Below, piece after piece: positions 43,974 through 55,408 of a DNA stretch of 60,893 nt. The notes under the pieces were generated by a model that worked only from the letters and a program-made list of their open reading frames with translations, was not told the DNA's origin and searched no databases. Location of the stretch: IMG/VR virus record IMGVR_UViG_3300035704_000009, positions 1 through 60,893 of that record; one strand, given 5' to 3'. The position numbers and the translations under genes were made by a program. Position 1 is the stretch's first letter. Every line of letters begins with the position of its first letter. The stretch comes from a virus (Duplodnaviria; Caudoviricetes).

Positions 43974-44243
43974 TCAGCCCGCAGTCTCCCGCTCCCGCTT
44001 CTCGCGGATGGCCTCGATGATGACCGCCGACCGGGGGCGGCCCTGCCGGTCGATCCATGCCAGCAGTTCGGGCGGGATGCGCACCGGCACGGGGGCGTCC
44101 TTGTGGTAGTCGGGGCGGCCGGGACGGCTCCCAGTGGCCTGCTCAGCCGTGGCCTGATCAGTCGCCTCCGTGGCGGACAGGCCGCGCATGATCAGCGTGT
44201 TAATGCGCCGGTTCAGTTCGGGCGATTCAGTGCGGCCGGTCAC
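43974..44243 (-). CDS. RHH-domain protein
   Basis: PVPVRIPPELLAWIDRQGRPRSAVIIEAIRE. Confidence 0.7.
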   Translation of the reverse strand: MTGRTESPELNRRINTLIMRGLSATEATDQATAEQATGSRPGRPDYHKDAPVPVRIPPELLAWIDRQGRPRSAVIIEAIREKRERETAG

Positions 44244-44246
44244 GGC

Positions 44247-44453
44247 TCAGGCTGCCTGAAGGTGCCGGCGGATGGCGATGCCCGTGGGGCTGGCGGCCAC
44301 CATGGCGGACTGGGTGAGCCAGCCCTTGGCTGCCAGTTCCCGGGTCTGCGCCCGGTGCTTGCGCGAGCGGCAGAACCAGACCTCGTCGCTGGTGCCGCGC
44401 CGGTAGCAGACTTCGGTACCGGGCTGGCCGCATTCGCAGGTCTTCGTCTTCAT
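44247..44453 (-). CDS. Small hypothetical protein
   Basis: MKTKTCECG...; GGGAG RBS. Confidence 0.55.
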   Translation of the reverse strand: MKTKTCECGQPGTEVCYRRGTSDEVWFCRSRKHRAQTRELAAKGWLTQSAMVAASPTGIAIRRHLQAA

Positions 44454-44472
44454 CTCGCTGCTCCCTCGCTGT

Positions 44473-44513
44473 CTGGTAATACCAGCATAGCGGCTGGTAT
44501 TACCAGCCGTCAA
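44473..44513 (-). promoter_or_regulatory. Promoter with two palindromic operators
   Basis: TTGACG-18 nt-TATGCT on the minus strand; operators CTGGTAATACCAG and CTGGTATTACCAG. Confidence 0.75.
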
Positions 44514-44621
44514 GAGGGAGGCGATGGCCGCATGAGCCCTGTGACCGCTGCCCTGGTTCTTCCCGCCCTGGTCCCCGCCTCCTGGGCCAGGGCGGGAACT
44601 GGCGTCTGCGTGACGGAAGGG

Positions 44622-44924
44622 TCAGGAACGCTCCGCGCGCTTCTCCTGCGCCTCGAGGTAGCGCTTCGTGGGAAGGATCTCGCCGCGGCGGATCTTCTCG
44701 TCCTCGACGTAGCGCCGGATCGTCTCGCGGGTGTATCCCGTGGCCTCCACCAGGTCCCGCTGCCGGACGCCGGCCTTATTCGCCTCATACAGCGCCTCGG
44801 CAACCTTCAGCAGGCGTTCCGGCTGCGCGTTGACGTCCGCCACTGCTTCCAGGAGTTCCGTCATGGCCTTATCCCTGTCCTCCACGCGCTCATGCTGCCA
44901 CGCGAATGTGGCCACTGCCACCAT
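44622..44924 (-). CDS. HTH DNA-binding protein (start uncertain)
   Basis: AGVRQRDLVEATGYTRETIRRY. Confidence 0.75.
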   Translation of the reverse strand: MVAVATFAWQHERVEDRDKAMTELLEAVADVNAQPERLLKVAEALYEANKAGVRQRDLVEATGYTRETIRRYVEDEKIRRGEILPTKRYLEAQEKRAERS

Positions 44925-45027
44925 ACACCACTAGCCTACTTGAGTTGGCCTTCTTTACAGTGCCAACTCTATGTGGCATAGTCGGGCAGGCACCACGAAC
45001 CCCACTGACAGCGAAAGGGCACCTCTG

Positions 45028-45594
45028 GTGGCCAAGCTCATCAAGCCCATACCGACCTGGTATGACGGCGTGCTGCACAGGTCTGGCCTTGAGGCCAGGT
45101 ACGCGGTGCTCTTCAAGGAACTCGGCATCAAGGCGGACTGGGAGCCGCAGGGCTTTGATGCTGACGGCACCTGGTACCGGCCCGACTTCCTCGCCTTCCC
45201 CGCCCTGGGGATGCTCTGGGCCGAGGTAAAGCCGGAGTGGGACAACGACCCTGAGGGCGTGGCCCGCTGGCGCACGTTTTCCCTTTGGCGCCCGATGCCC
45301 TCCCGCTCGGCACTCCTGGTTGGGGTGCCAGCGATCGGCAACAGGCCGCTAGTACTGGGCGGCGACCCGGAAGACGAGAACCCCTCGGCCGGCGTCTGGG
45401 AAGACGACACCCACGAGTGGCGCCCCTGCCCGTCCGGCCACCACTTCGACCTCGCGTGGCCCGGCCGCTTCCGGTCCAGGTTCGCGGAGGACGACTGCCC
45501 GTACACCGACCAGGAGGGCCACGGCCAGGACAGGCTTGAGCGCGCCATAGCGGCTTCCCGCTCGGAGCGCTTCAGTAAGAGCAAGGCGGCGTAG
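45028..45594 (+). CDS. PD-(D/E)XK family nuclease
   Basis: RSGLEARYAVLF...EPQGF...YRPDF...WAEVK. Confidence 0.75.
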   Translation: MAKLIKPIPTWYDGVLHRSGLEARYAVLFKELGIKADWEPQGFDADGTWYRPDFLAFPALGMLWAEVKPEWDNDPEGVARWRTFSLWRPMPSRSALLVGVPAIGNRPLVLGGDPEDENPSAGVWEDDTHEWRPCPSGHHFDLAWPGRFRSRFAEDDCPYTDQEGHGQDRLERAIAASRSERFSKSKAA

Positions 45595-46500
45595 GTGCCA
45601 GCGGGGGAGATCTACGTGCCGATTCCGGTGAACTTTGCCGATGAACCGGCCGTTGCTGCCCTGCGCCGGTATGGCCGTGACGCCCGCGGGCTGCGCGACC
45701 TCTACGTCCAGATGCACTGCTACTGCAAGCGCACCCTCTCGGACGGCTTCGTTCCCGCCGAGCAGATCGGGCTGCTGGTCTATCCCGACCCGCCGAAGTC
45801 GGGTGAGCGTGACGTGAAGCGCCTGATTGAGGCGCACCTGGTCACGGTTGCGGTCGGCGGGTACTTCGTTCCGGCCTACCTTGAGCGCAACCCGACCCGC
45901 GCCAAGGTGGAGAAGACGTCAGCGGACAAGGCCAGAGGCGTGCTGAGCGGGAACCACCAGCGCTGGCATGTGGAGCGGAACGAGTCGGATCCAGGCTGCC
46001 CGCTCTGCCAGGAGGCGAGTCAGAACAACGGTCAGTACGAGGGTCAGATAACTGATGACCGCATGACACCCGCACTGCTCAGTGCGGGTGTCAATGCGGA
46101 CGGCGCACCTGACTCCACAAGACAAGACAAGACAAGACAACATACTGGTAACCCCCCCGCGGCACGCCGCGGACGAGGGCGAGATCCCGACCCCGACGAC
46201 GATCCCGACTTCACGGCGTTCTGGGCCGTCTACCCGCGCAAACGCGACAAGAAGCCGGCCTTCAAGGCGTGGCGGCAGGCCCTGAACCGCAAGGCGGACC
46301 CGAAGGACATCATCGCCGGGGCCGAGGTCTACGCCGCCGAATGCGTCGCGACGTCACGTCTCCCGAGGCACACCAAACTCCCGGCCACGTGGCTCAACGC
46401 CGACTGCTGGACCAACGACGACGAATCCGAGCAGGAGCGCGAACGCCAGCACGCCGGGCGCTTCGAGTATCCCGATTCGCCGTACGACAGGGGGAACTGA
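45595..46500 (+). CDS. Phage replication initiator/replisome organiser-like protein
   Basis: N-terminal wHTH (SDGFVP); C-terminal FTAFWAVYPRKRDK..A..AW...PATWLN. Confidence 0.75.
   Translation: MPAGEIYVPIPVNFADEPAVAALRRYGRDARGLRDLYVQMHCYCKRTLSDGFVPAEQIGLLVYPDPPKSGERDVKRLIEAHLVTVAVGGYFVPAYLERNPTRAKVEKTSADKARGVLSGNHQRWHVERNESDPGCPLCQEASQNNGQYEGQITDDRMTPALLSAGVNADGAPDSTRQDKTRQHTGNPPAARRGRGRDPDPDDDPDFTAFWAVYPRKRDKKPAFKAWRQALNRKADPKDIIAGAEVYAAECVATSRLPRHTKLPATWLNADCWTNDDESEQERERQHAGRFEYPDSPYDRGN
46117..46140 (+). repeat. (ACAAG)n tandem repeat, candidate replication origin element
   Basis: ACAAG x4 plus ACAA in the inter-domain linker of the initiator gene. Confidence 0.6.
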
Positions 46501-46502
46501 TC

Positions 46503-48113
46503 ATGGACGTTCTGCGGGAAATCCTGCTCCCGAAGCTCGAGGCCGTGAAGTACTCGGGCGGCTCGTGGATGGCGCGCTGCCCGGCCGCGGGTCACGACGA
46601 CGCGAAGGCGAGCTTGCACATCTCGCGCGGGAACAAGCACCCCGTCGTCCTGCAATGCCACGCAGGCTGCACTCCCGAGAGTGTCCTCGCGGGCGTCGGG
46701 CTTACGTGGAAGACACTCTGCGTGGAGGACGGCGAGCGTCCGGTCCGCGGCGAGTGGACGCCGGCAGGCGAAGCCGTGGCGGTCTACGACTACACCGACG
46801 AGGCCGGAACCCTGCTGTTCCAGGTGCTCCGCACGGCGGACAAGCAGTTCCGCCAGCGCACCCCGGACTCCTCACGCAAGAGCGGGTGGCTCTGGAACCT
46901 TGAAGGCGTCCGCCGTGTCCTGTACCGGCTGCCCAAGGTCATCGAGGCGGTCAAGGACGGCTACCCGATCTACGTCTGCGAAGGCGAGAAGGACGTCCAG
47001 GCGATCGAGGGAGCCGGCGGGGTCGCCACGTGCAACTCCGGGGGCGCCGGGAAGTGGCGGCCGGAGTACTCCGAGTTCCTGCGGGACGCCATCATCATCA
47101 TCGTGGCCGACCGGGACAAGCCCGGCCAGGCGCACGCCCGGCAGGTCGCTGCGGCGCTTGACGGCTCGGCCCGTGCGGTTGAGATCGTTGAGGCCGCCGG
47201 CGAGGGCCAGGATGCGCGCGAGCTCAAGGATGCCGCCGACCACTTCGCGGCCGGGCACACGCTCGCGGACTTCGTGACCACGTGGCAGTCCGCCGAGCCG
47301 GCGCCTGCTGACCTTGCACCGGACCTGCACGAGTTCCTGGCCGGTACGGACGCCCCCTACGAATGGGTCATCGAGGGAATCCTTGAGCGCGGCGACCGGC
47401 TCATCTGGACCGGCGAGGAGGGCCTCGGCAAGACCACGGCCGGTCGCATGCTCGCCGTCGCCGCGGCGTGCGGAGTCCACCCGTTCCACAACGGGCTCGC
47501 GGAACCGCAGCGCGTGCTCTGGGTCGACTGCGAGAACTCGGCCCGGCAGGGACGGCGCCACTTCCGCAAGCTGGAGCGCATCTCGGTCGCGAAAGGGCGG
47601 CGTGTCCCCGATGGCGGGATGCGGCTGATCCACCGGCCCGAAGGCGTCGACCTCACCCGGGACGAGGACGCGTCCTGGTTCCTTGAGCGCGTCCATGCCC
47701 ACCGCCCCGACCTGCTCTACGTCGGCCCGCTGTACCGGCTGCATGCCGCGGACATCAACGACGAGACGGCGGCCCGGCAGGTGACCGCAGTGCTGGACAT
47801 GGCCCGCGTGAAGGCGGACTGCGCACTCATCATCGAAGGCCACTCGCCTCACGGCAACGGTGAGACCCGGCCAATCCGGCCGATCGGCTCGAGCCTGTTC
47901 CGCCGCTGGCCCGAGTTCGGGTACGGCATCTCGCCGGCGATGGACGGCGACCCGTGCAAAGAGGTGCGCGTCCGGTCCTGGCGCGGCGCCCGTGATGAGC
48001 GCCACTGGCCCAAGTTCCTCATGTGGGGCACCAAGCCCGACGACTGGCCATGGGTTGACCCGGATCACAAGGCTTCCCATGGCTTCCCCTACTCCGTTCC
48101 CGATGCGTCCTAG
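46503..48113 (+). CDS. Primase-helicase (Zn finger, TOPRIM, RecA-like AAA)
   Basis: CP..H.D...C, CEGEKD, ADRDKPG, Walker A GEEGLGKT. Confidence 0.9.
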   Translation: MDVLREILLPKLEAVKYSGGSWMARCPAAGHDDAKASLHISRGNKHPVVLQCHAGCTPESVLAGVGLTWKTLCVEDGERPVRGEWTPAGEAVAVYDYTDEAGTLLFQVLRTADKQFRQRTPDSSRKSGWLWNLEGVRRVLYRLPKVIEAVKDGYPIYVCEGEKDVQAIEGAGGVATCNSGGAGKWRPEYSEFLRDAIIIIVADRDKPGQAHARQVAAALDGSARAVEIVEAAGEGQDARELKDAADHFAAGHTLADFVTTWQSAEPAPADLAPDLHEFLAGTDAPYEWVIEGILERGDRLIWTGEEGLGKTTAGRMLAVAAACGVHPFHNGLAEPQRVLWVDCENSARQGRRHFRKLERISVAKGRRVPDGGMRLIHRPEGVDLTRDEDASWFLERVHAHRPDLLYVGPLYRLHAADINDETAARQVTAVLDMARVKADCALIIEGHSPHGNGETRPIRPIGSSLFRRWPEFGYGISPAMDGDPCKEVRVRSWRGARDERHWPKFLMWGTKPDDWPWVDPDHKASHGFPYSVPDAS

Positions 48114-48124
48114 GAGACAGGCAG

Positions 48125-48565
48125 ATGGCAGGCGACACCCTCATAACGATCATCGGGAACCTGACGGCAGACCCGGAGATGCGCTACACCCCGCAGGGCC
48201 TTCCCGTGGCCAGGTTCACGGTGGCGTCCACCCCGCGGATATTCGACAAGCAGGCGAACGAATGGAAGGACGGCGACAGCCTCTTCCTGTCCTGCAACGC
48301 CTGGCGCCAGCTGGCCGAGAACGCCGCAGAGTCCCTCCAGCGGGGCACGCGCGTCATCGTGACCGGCCGGCTGAAGCAGCGGTCATACGAGACCCGCGAA
48401 GGCGAGAAGCGCACCGTCTACGAGATCGAGGTGGACGAGGTGGGCCCGTCGCTGCGGAACGCCACGGCCAAGGTGATCAAGGCCGGGCGCACCAAGCCCG
48501 CAGAGGCCCCGGCTGGCGACGACCCGTGGGCGAAGGAGACGGGCGATGACAAGCCGCCGTTCTAG
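48125..48565 (+). CDS. ssb: Single-stranded DNA-binding protein
   Basis: [15 protein letters not shown]...[12 protein letters not shown]...DKPPF. Confidence 0.97.
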   Translation: MAGDTLITIIGNLTADPEMRYTPQGLPVARFTVASTPRIFDKQANEWKDGDSLFLSCNAWRQLAENAAESLQRGTRVIVTGRLKQRSYETREGEKRTVYEIEVDEVGPSLRNATAKVIKAGRTKPAEAPAGDDPWAKETGDDKPPF

Positions 48566-48882
48566 CGTCACGCCGGCCAGGGCGTGCCCTGACTGCGGCG
48601 AATACCTGCCGCACGCCTGCGCCGGCATCGTGCAACTCCCGCAGCGCCTGCCGCCCGTCTCGCGCCGCCGCGCCCTCCTGAACAAGGCCATCCTCCGGGC
48701 AGCCGTGACCACGAGAAGGCAGCGTGCAGCATGACCGCCCCCAAGCGCGACCGCCTCGAGCGCTACGCAGAGTTCCGCACCCACGGCGAGGACCAGCAGT
48801 GCGCAGCCCTCCGTGTCCGGGTAAGCCGCAGGACTGCCCGCCGCTACGAGGCCGATCTCAGGACGCTACGGACAGGACGATC

Positions 48883-49563
48883 ATGACCGCGACCACGGAC
48901 GCCCCCGCCTACCCCTGCACGTGCCGGCCGGGCTGCCCCGAGACGATGGCCACGCCCGCGGGATATGCACGAGGCTGGGCGGACGCCTGCTACCGCCGCT
49001 GGCAGCGCGCGGGAAAGCCGGACTGCGGCCCCCCGGCGCCGAGGGCGGTCACCGGCCACGCCCGGATCACGAAGGCGGAAGCCGCGAAGCGCATGGAGCG
49101 GTTCAGCGCCCTGCGTGCCCGGGGCCTCACCGTCGCCGTGATCGCCGCGAAGATGGGCGTGAGCCTCACGGCCGCCGAGCACTACGCGGTGATCTTCAGG
49201 CAGCAGCTGAGGGACGAGCTCGCGGAGACTCCCATCGACTGGCCCGTGCCCGCCTCCCCGGTGCCGGGAGTTTCGCACTGGTCCGGCGCAGCGGCGTGCC
49301 GGGGTCACCAGGACCTGTTCTACGCCCCTGACGGGACGGAGGGCGAGCGGGCGAGAGAGGTCCGGGAGGCGAAGGCGAAGAGCCTGTGTGCCGCCTGCCC
49401 GGTGCGGAGGCCGTGCGGGGATGAGGCAGCGAAGGGCCCCGGCCGGTGGGGGACGTGGGCCGGGATGTCCGAGGAAGACCGGGAGCGCGACAGGAAGCAG
49501 CGGGCGAACGCATCCCGCCGCTCCGCCGCCCGCCGTGAGCACGACAGCGAGGTTGCGGCTTGA
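48883..49563 (+). CDS. HTH + WhiB-domain protein
   Basis: GLTVAVIAAKMGVS HTH; W..AAC...DLFY...AKSLCAACPVRRPC...GTWAG. Confidence 0.8.
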   Translation: MTATTDAPAYPCTCRPGCPETMATPAGYARGWADACYRRWQRAGKPDCGPPAPRAVTGHARITKAEAAKRMERFSALRARGLTVAVIAAKMGVSLTAAEHYAVIFRQQLRDELAETPIDWPVPASPVPGVSHWSGAAACRGHQDLFYAPDGTEGERAREVREAKAKSLCAACPVRRPCGDEAAKGPGRWGTWAGMSEEDRERDRKQRANASRRSAARREHDSEVAA

Positions 49564-51736
49564 GCGCCGCCGGAAACGAGAGGAACGAAACGATGGCCGA
49601 CCTGATCACAGTCCGCAGGGACCACCTGGAAACCATGCTGGCCTACCTGGCCTCAGGACCCTGGACGCCCTCAGACAAGCCAGAGGTATCTGAGGCGTGG
49701 AAAGGGCTCACCGAGGCGAAGGACGCGAGCCAGGACGCGGAGTCCGCCGCGGACCCGGGCCTGCCGCCCGGTGAGTTCGCCACCGTCCACGTGATGGGAC
49801 ATGACCAGGTGACCGGATGGGTCAGCGACGGCACCAGGGCCGGGGTCCCCGTCATGGTCGTCCGCGACTGGGACGGCCAGGTCCTGCGGGAGATCCCGGG
49901 GCATGCGCTGTACCAGTTCGTCCCGCTGCCCACCCCGCTGCGGCGGCCGGAGCCGCTGCCGTTCCCTGACGCCACCATGGCACTCCCGGTCGCTGAGGCC
50001 TACGAGGACGGGGATCCCTGGCAGCCCGCCACCGATGCCGAGGCGGACGCGTTCGCTGGCCGCACCGACCCGGACATGCCCTTCTGATGGCCGCCACCAC
50101 CCGCCAGGGCTACGCGCTGGCCCACCCGCTCAACGAGGCGCTCGTCCGCGCTGGCGCGCTTGAGCCCTACCAGGCTGCCCGCAAGCACGCGACCGGCCTG
50201 CTGATCATGACAATCCTGGCGGTGGACCGTTGACAGCGCATAAACGCCGGGCTGCCCGTGTGGCACGTCTCGGTCAGCGCCTGGTCGAGGCGCGAGGTGA
50301 AGTCCTCCCAGCCCGTCATCTGCGAGCGGGAAGCCGTGAAGCTCCTGCGCGGAGTCGGCGGGGACCGGGAGTGGTGGTGGTTCAACCCGGAGACGCTGAT
50401 CGGCCACCTGAGGGTGTCGGTCACCGGGGCCGAGCACGAGGCGATGCCGGAAGGGGCAGCAGTCGATGACGCAGGGGAGACCGGGCCGGAGCGGCCACGG
50501 ACACGCTAGCGGGAGGACCGACCATGCCTGATGCAGCCAGGGCCCAGGAGATCCGGGCCGAGCTTGAGAAGTTGGCCCCCTACCCAGCCAACGGCGACGT
50601 GACCGCGCGGGGGCTGGCTCGCTGGATGGCGATGGAGTCCCAGTTGGCGTGGGCGCGCATGACCGGTATGGACCATCCGATCACCATGACGGACGTCGCG
50701 ATCCTTCAGGGCAACTTCGCCGCCGCCCATGCCTTGCTGGCGCTCGCCACCGCGGAGCCGGCGGACGCGGATGCGGTCGCCGGCGAGATCCGCGAGGCGT
50801 TCGACCCTCCCGGCATCGGTGAGTGGCTGTATGAGCACCTGGGCGACGACGCGGAGCAGATCGCTGCTCTCGCTGAGGAACTGGCCAAGGCCACGGTGGC
50901 CGACGCCAGAGTGGTCGTCAGCCAGGCAGACCTGCGGGTGCTCATGCGGCTCGCGGAGGGCTACGCGAGCCGGGACCCCCTGCGCCTGCCGCCGAACGAT
51001 TCCTGCCGTGAGGCGCTGGACCGGCTCGCTGCGGCGGTGAAGCCATGACCGGCACCGGGAACGAAGACCCGGCCGTTGCCTGGGAAGCATGGCTGAACGA
51101 GCCCATCCCCCGGTGGACCTGCACGCGCGGCGAGCTGATCGAGGCGCTCACCCACCTGAGGGCGGAGTTCCCGTGGCCGCCGCCGATCCAGCGGGACGGG
51201 ACACTCGCCATCAACGCCGAGACGATGGCCGACTCCATCCTGGCGGGACTGACGCCTGCTGCTGATGGCGTCACGGTCAGCATGCCGGACCTCGTGGCCG
51301 TCCTCGCCGAGGCGGAGGGCTTCATTGGCGGCAAGGACAATGCGGCGTTCACCCGGCTCGCCGAGGCGGCAGGTGTCTCATGACCGGGACCGGGCCCGAG
51401 ACCGGGAGCGCCCCGCCTCCCCTCCCGCCGCTGCCGCAGTACACCTGCGGATCGTGCCACCAGGAGTTCGGCTCGAACTGCGACCCCGACGACATCATGT
51501 GCGCCTGGTGTGAGGCGCAGCGCTGCCCTCACTGCCACGCATGGTTCGGCGGCGAGGAGGGAGTCGTTTCCCCGGACCCCGGTCGGGTCACGGTCACCCG
51601 GGACCAGCTCGCGGACGCACTCACCCGCCTGGACGTCAGCGTGCTTACTAGTGGCCCGGCGGCAGGCATGATCAACGCCGACTCCATGGCGGGCGCGATC
51701 CTGGAAGCGCTCGCTGCTGCGGAGGTGACCGGGTGA
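49560..51736 (+). other. Small hypothetical ORFs (49560-50087, about 50258-50509, 50524-51048, 51045-51383, 51380-51736)
   Basis: Coupled plus-strand ORFs sharing short modules. Confidence 0.55.
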
Positions 51737-52119
51737 GCTACGACGGAATCCGTTTCGTGCTCGCTCCTGCAGCCAGCTACATCGTGCGCGAGGTGGATGC
51801 TCACCTGGACGCGAACACCAGCCAGCCGTACAGGGACCAGCCGCTGGCCGGCCACTGGGCCCGGGTCACGAAGGTCTGCGAAGAGGCCGGCGAGGTCTGG
51901 CGCGCCCTGAGCAAGTTGACCGGCGAGAACCCGCGCAAGGGCGTCTGCGGCACCGAGGATGAGTTGCTCGGCGAGCTGGCCGACACGGCGATGGCAGCGA
52001 TCTGCGGCATCCAGCACCTGACGAAGGACACCGAGCGCACGCAGGCGGTGCTAGCCGAAGCGGTGAACAAGGCGGCTGAGCGTGTGCGCAAGCATGCAGG
52101 GACGGGTGATCCCGGGTGA
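51733..52119 (+). CDS. MazG-like nucleotide pyrophosphohydrolase
   Basis: KVCEEAGEV...GENPRK...ELLGELAD. Confidence 0.85.
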   Translation: MSYDGIRFVLAPAASYIVREVDAHLDANTSQPYRDQPLAGHWARVTKVCEEAGEVWRALSKLTGENPRKGVCGTEDELLGELADTAMAAICGIQHLTKDTERTQAVLAEAVNKAAERVRKHAGTGDPG

Positions 52120-54538
52120 GCGTCCCCAGCGATGCGGTGCTGCTCGGCCGGGCCTACGACGAGGTGCAGCGCCTCCGCGCAGAGCTTGAGGAAGCCAGAC
52201 GCGAGGCCCTGCTCTCCCTCGCTGCCGGGATTGAGGCCCTGAACGACTGGCCGAAGCTCGAAAGCATCACCGAGGAGACGCACCAGTACGCCAGGGGCGT
52301 CATCAAGGGCATCGCCGAGATGGCTCGCAGGCAGGCACAGCAGGGCCAGGGCAGCCCGTCAGGCTCTCCCGGGATACCTGGGGAGACCCCGGGACCTCAG
52401 GGGCTTAGCGTTGACCTGAGGGCCGCAGGCGAGATCCCGGCCGAAGTGGTCGCCGCCGCACTGCGGGCCGACCACGAGGAGGGCGTCCGGGACGGCAGGA
52501 GCTACCACCAGGTAGCGGAGCACCAGGTGCGCCGCCTCATCGCTGGCGCTGTCGCGGCCGAGCGGGAGCGCATCTACGCCCACCTCGGCAACGACCACTA
52601 CGTGACCTTCACCGAGGACGGCTGGACCACCGAGCACTCTGCGGAGTGCCGCCTGTCCGGCCAGATGGGCGACTGTGACTGGCTCGCGGCGGTCAGGGTG
52701 ATCGCGGCCTGGTTCGACCCGGGCATGCTCGGCCGCTGGCGCATCACGGGGATCAGCGAGGGCCTGCCGGACCTGGAGCGGGCAGAGCCGGAGGCAGACG
52801 ATGGCTGACAACACGCTCGGCCAGGTGGGATTCGAGGCCTTCCTCAAGGCCATCGACCACAGGTGTGACGCCGCCGCATCGTGGCGGCTCGCCCCGCCAG
52901 AGTTCCGCGCCGCCTGGGAGGCCGCAGCCGGCGGTGCCGCTGAAACCGAGCGGGAGCGCATCACGGCACTCCTGCGGCGCGCTGCCGCTGGCCGCCGCGA
53001 GTACGCCGGGCATGAGGACGACGGCAGCGAGGCCCGGGCGATCCTGCTCAAGAGCGCCGAGCACTACGAGTCGGCGGCGTGGCTGCTGGAGGACCCGCGC
53101 AACATGCTGGACGTCATGCCCTCGTGGATGTGGACGGACGAGGAGCATGCGTTGCTGAGGGAGCGGCCGTGAGCGCGTTCTGGGCCGTCCGGGCGCATCC
53201 CCCGGCCGCTCCTGCCCCGCCGCCAGAGGCCGGGCCACCCCCGGAGCCCTGCGACTGCGTGGTCATCCTGACCTTCCCGGTAGACCGCAGGCAGCTCGCC
53301 AGCGCGACCCTGATGACCGCGGCCGAGGCGGAAACGGAGGCGGACATGTGGCGGAAGCTAAGGCCGGAGCCGCTGCGCCCCGGGCCGTCCGGTGCCGAGG
53401 TGTTCAGGCTGGTGAGGGTGACATGACCGCCCCGGCTGCCGATCCCCTGACCGCCCCCTGCTCGTGGTGCGGGGCGAAGGTCGGCGAGCGCTGCGGGACG
53501 CTCAGCGACTGGGCCCGCAAGCCGCACGCCGTCCGGGCGAAACTGGCGCTGGCTCTCGCCGCCCACGCCGACCCCGCCCTCGATGCGTTCTTCGCCCGGC
53601 GCGGGCAGTGCGCGTTGTGCGCCGAGCCGGGACTTGACCAGCGGCACCGGGTGGTCGATGCCATTGCCGGGATGCTGGAAGCCGGGGAGGATGCCGCCGA
53701 CGTCGCCAGTGAGTACGGACTGAGCCTGGATGCCGTGTACGCCGTCTCGGCCTGGGCGGCACGGTGGCCGGGAGCGTGGTCCTGATGGACGAGCGCGAGT
53801 TCACCGAGCGGACCCGCAGGCGCCTGCGGGGGCCGAACGCGGACAAGGCCGCCGCCGCGATCACCGACGACGCCCGCGAATGGGTGGCGGCCACAGTGGA
53901 GGAAGTCTGTCATCCCGCCTACCCGCCACGGCTGGCGAGAGCCCTGCGGCCCCGTACGCCGTCCTGGGCGGATGAGCCGGATGCCGAGGTCACGGAAATG
54001 CCCGGGGGTGAGCGGTGAGCAGCATCCTCCAGTTCGTGTGCCTCTTCGGATCGCTCCCGTTCAGCACGCTCGGCACGATAAGCATGCTCCAGAGGTGGTT
54101 CTTCCGCGGCGGCCCCGAAGCGGAGCACCGGGCTGACGGCCTGTTTGCCATTGCCGACCTGCTGCTGGCGGCGGCCTTCGCGCTGATGCGGCTCTGGCCC
54201 CTCGCCGCATTCTTCGCCCTGCTGGGCATCGTGCTCGCGGTGAACTGGTGGCGGAAGCGCAAGCGCCGCAAGCGGAGCCCGAAGGCTATGGGAGCCAAGA
54301 GCCGCGCTCTCCTCGCTGCGCTTGTCCGCAAGGCCAGGGAAGCCGCACGTCCCCGCCCCGTGCTCCGTCCGCTGCCGGGAGGTGCCCAGTGAGCGGGCAG
54401 GAGGCCTGGGGCTACCCGCTGGCCGGGCTGCCGCAGGAATCCCGCCGGGGAGTGCGGCCGGTGGTGCTCGCGGCGGCGGCAGGGCTTGTGGCCGGACTGG
54501 TGCTGCTGCGGTGGTCAAGATCAAAGGCTCGGCGATGA
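52116..54538 (+). other. Small hypothetical ORFs (52116-52808, 52801-53172, 53170-53426, 53423-53785, 53785-54018, 54015-54392 membrane, 54389-54538)
   Basis: Coupled ORFs; 53423-53785 has CSWC and a DUF433-like HTH end. Confidence 0.55.
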
Positions 54539-54543
54539 GGGGG

Positions 54544-54741
54544 TCAGCCCTGGATCTCGCGGCCGTGAGCGCGGGCCCATCGCTCGACATCGGCGCGCCA
54601 CCAGACCTTGCCCATGGCCAACTGGTCAAACGGCTTGGGGAAGTCATCTCGCGAGATGAGCTGCTGGACCCGCTGACGGCTGACGCCGAGCATCTGGCCG
54701 ATCTCAGCCGACCCCACGAGTTCACCCACGGCGAGAAGCAT
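54544..54741 (-). CDS. AlpA/excisionase-like HTH regulator
   Basis: LVGSAEIGQMLGVSRQRVQQL...DFPKP...VWWRADVERW; leaderless TAGCAT. Confidence 0.85.
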   Translation of the reverse strand: MLLAVGELVGSAEIGQMLGVSRQRVQQLISRDDFPKPFDQLAMGKVWWRADVERWARAHGREIQG

Positions 54742-54780
54742 AGTCAGCATGCTACTGGTCACTTGACTAGTGGGCAAGGA

Positions 54781-55353
54781 ATGCGCAAGGGTAGTCGTGT
54801 GACTAGTCCAGCAAAACCCGTCGGTCCTGGCCACAACGGGCCCGGGAAGATTTGCCATCACCGTGCGGTCTACGGGATGCCTTGCGAGGAGTACGAGGCG
54901 CTGCGTGCCCGCGCTGCCGGCCACTGTGAGCTTTGCAAGATCCCTGAGGCGCTGACGCGGCGCGGCTTCCTGGTGATCGACCACTTCCACGGCATCAAGG
55001 GCACCTCGTTCATCCGGGGCCTGCTTTGCGACTGGTGCAATCAGAGCGTCATGCAGTGCCTCGATGGGCTCAAGCCGTGGGGCGCGAACCGGGAATGGGA
55101 GGCTGCGGCGCGCGAGTACGAGCGCCACCCGTGGCATCAGCCATCCGAGTCGGCTCTCCGCCAGTTGGCGGCCAGAACCGAGATGCTGCCTGTCCGAGCT
55201 CAGCGTCGGCGGGACATAAGCCGGGCTACGGTAGTCACCCTCCCGTCCCGGCGCGGCCTCGACGCGATGGCGGCCCGCCTGCGGGAATACCTGCCCGCAG
55301 ATGAGCTGGCCGCGCTCGGCGCGCTGCTACTGGATGGCAAGGCAGACCAATGA
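54781..55353 (+). CDS. Endonuclease VII-like (His-Me) nuclease
   Basis: YGM..EEYEAL...CELC...LVIDHFH...IRGLLCDWCN. Confidence 0.85.
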   Translation: MRKGSRVTSPAKPVGPGHNGPGKICHHRAVYGMPCEEYEALRARAAGHCELCKIPEALTRRGFLVIDHFHGIKGTSFIRGLLCDWCNQSVMQCLDGLKPWGANREWEAAAREYERHPWHQPSESALRQLAARTEMLPVRAQRRRDISRATVVTLPSRRGLDAMAARLREYLPADELAALGALLLDGKADQ

Positions 55354-55373
55354 AACGATGCCCTCCTAGTCTC

Positions 55374-55408
55374 TTGACTAGAGCTAGTCACCTGACTAGT
55401 GTGAACCT
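55374..55408 (+). promoter_or_regulatory. Leaderless promoter with CTAGTCA-nn-TGACTAG operator
   Basis: TTGACT-17 nt-TAGTGT, ATG at 55409; operator near-duplicated at 54755-54772. Confidence 0.7.
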
